Notes under the pieces: model-generated
Told to the model about the DNA's origin: nothing
What the model saw: only the letters and a program-made list of their open reading frames with translations
Databases searched by the model: none
Translations under genes and position numbers: made by a program
Shown here: one piece after another, positions 63,600-64,000 of the stretch
Numbering within the stretch: position 1 is the first letter of the stretch
Layout of the letters: each line of letters opens with the position of its first letter
NCBI GenBank assembly: GCA_043228905.1
Contig: JBHGNT010000012.1
Span: forward strand, 8,370,001 to 8,434,000
Direction: 5' to 3'
Length of the DNA: 64,000 bases
From: Azolla caroliniana
Lineage: Eukaryota > Plantae > Polypodiophyta

Positions 63600-63988
63600 T
63601 TACCCCATTTCGGATGCCACTTGGGAACCAATTACACATTTACAAAATGCTCCGGAGGCCAAGCGTTTCATCAACGGTACCCACATAAGCTAGTCGCGGG
63701 TCTTGAGAGACAACCTTCAAGGGAGGATAATGTTTGGCTTGGGAGGCAGCCTTAAAGGGAGGATAATTTCCTTAAGTTCAGTACATGCCACAGTACATTT
63801 CAGACGCCACTTGGGACCCGGTTACACATTTACAAAATGCTCTGGAGGCCATTCAAGTGTTTCATCAACGGTGCCCACATAAGCTAGGAGCGGGTCTTGA
63901 GAGACACCCTTCAAGGGACGATAATGTTTGTCTTGGGAGGCAGCCTTAAAGGGAGGATAATTTCCTTAAGTTCAGTACATGCCACAGT
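63600..63988 (+). repeat. 190-bp tandem duplication of a chromovirus chromodomain end plus two PPT-like tracts
   Basis: YPISDATWEPITHLQNAPEA..FHQRYPHK followed twice by AAGGGAGGATAAT per unit. Confidence 0.75.
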
Positions 63989-64000
63989 GGAAGGTAAGGG

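Overview
Eukaryotic, almost entirely transposon-derived window, probably from a seed-free land plant (a decayed PLS-class PPR gene and these LTR families suggest a fern; this is inference). It is a nest of LTR retrotransposons: four copies of one Ty1/Copia family, a gag-only Copia-type element, four Ty3/Gypsy elements, three solo LTRs and one non-coding LTR element. Nesting reaches five levels, and most junctions are resolved by LTR ends and target-site duplications (TSDs). The standout is a TIR DNA transposon at 14883-27508 (about 7.3 kb once a nested Copia is removed), with 29-bp perfect TIRs and a 4-bp TCTC TSD. It carries two divergent genes: (+) a Sola/DUF7869-like DDD transposase with a BAH-like C-terminal domain, and (-) a spliced gene of about 900 aa fusing a ParB/Srx-like domain to a bacterial-type beta-class N6/N4 DNA amino-methyltransferase. 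A 51-bp-period palindrome array lies between the genes. This copy is inactivated, but the family looks like a mobile DNA-modification system. Secondary signals: CpG-centred 4-bp TSDs, antisense tRNA-like Pol III boxes in LTRs, a Gypsy with PBS-like sites at both ends, and Tf1-like self-priming. All domain calls were made by eye from motifs, without database searches.
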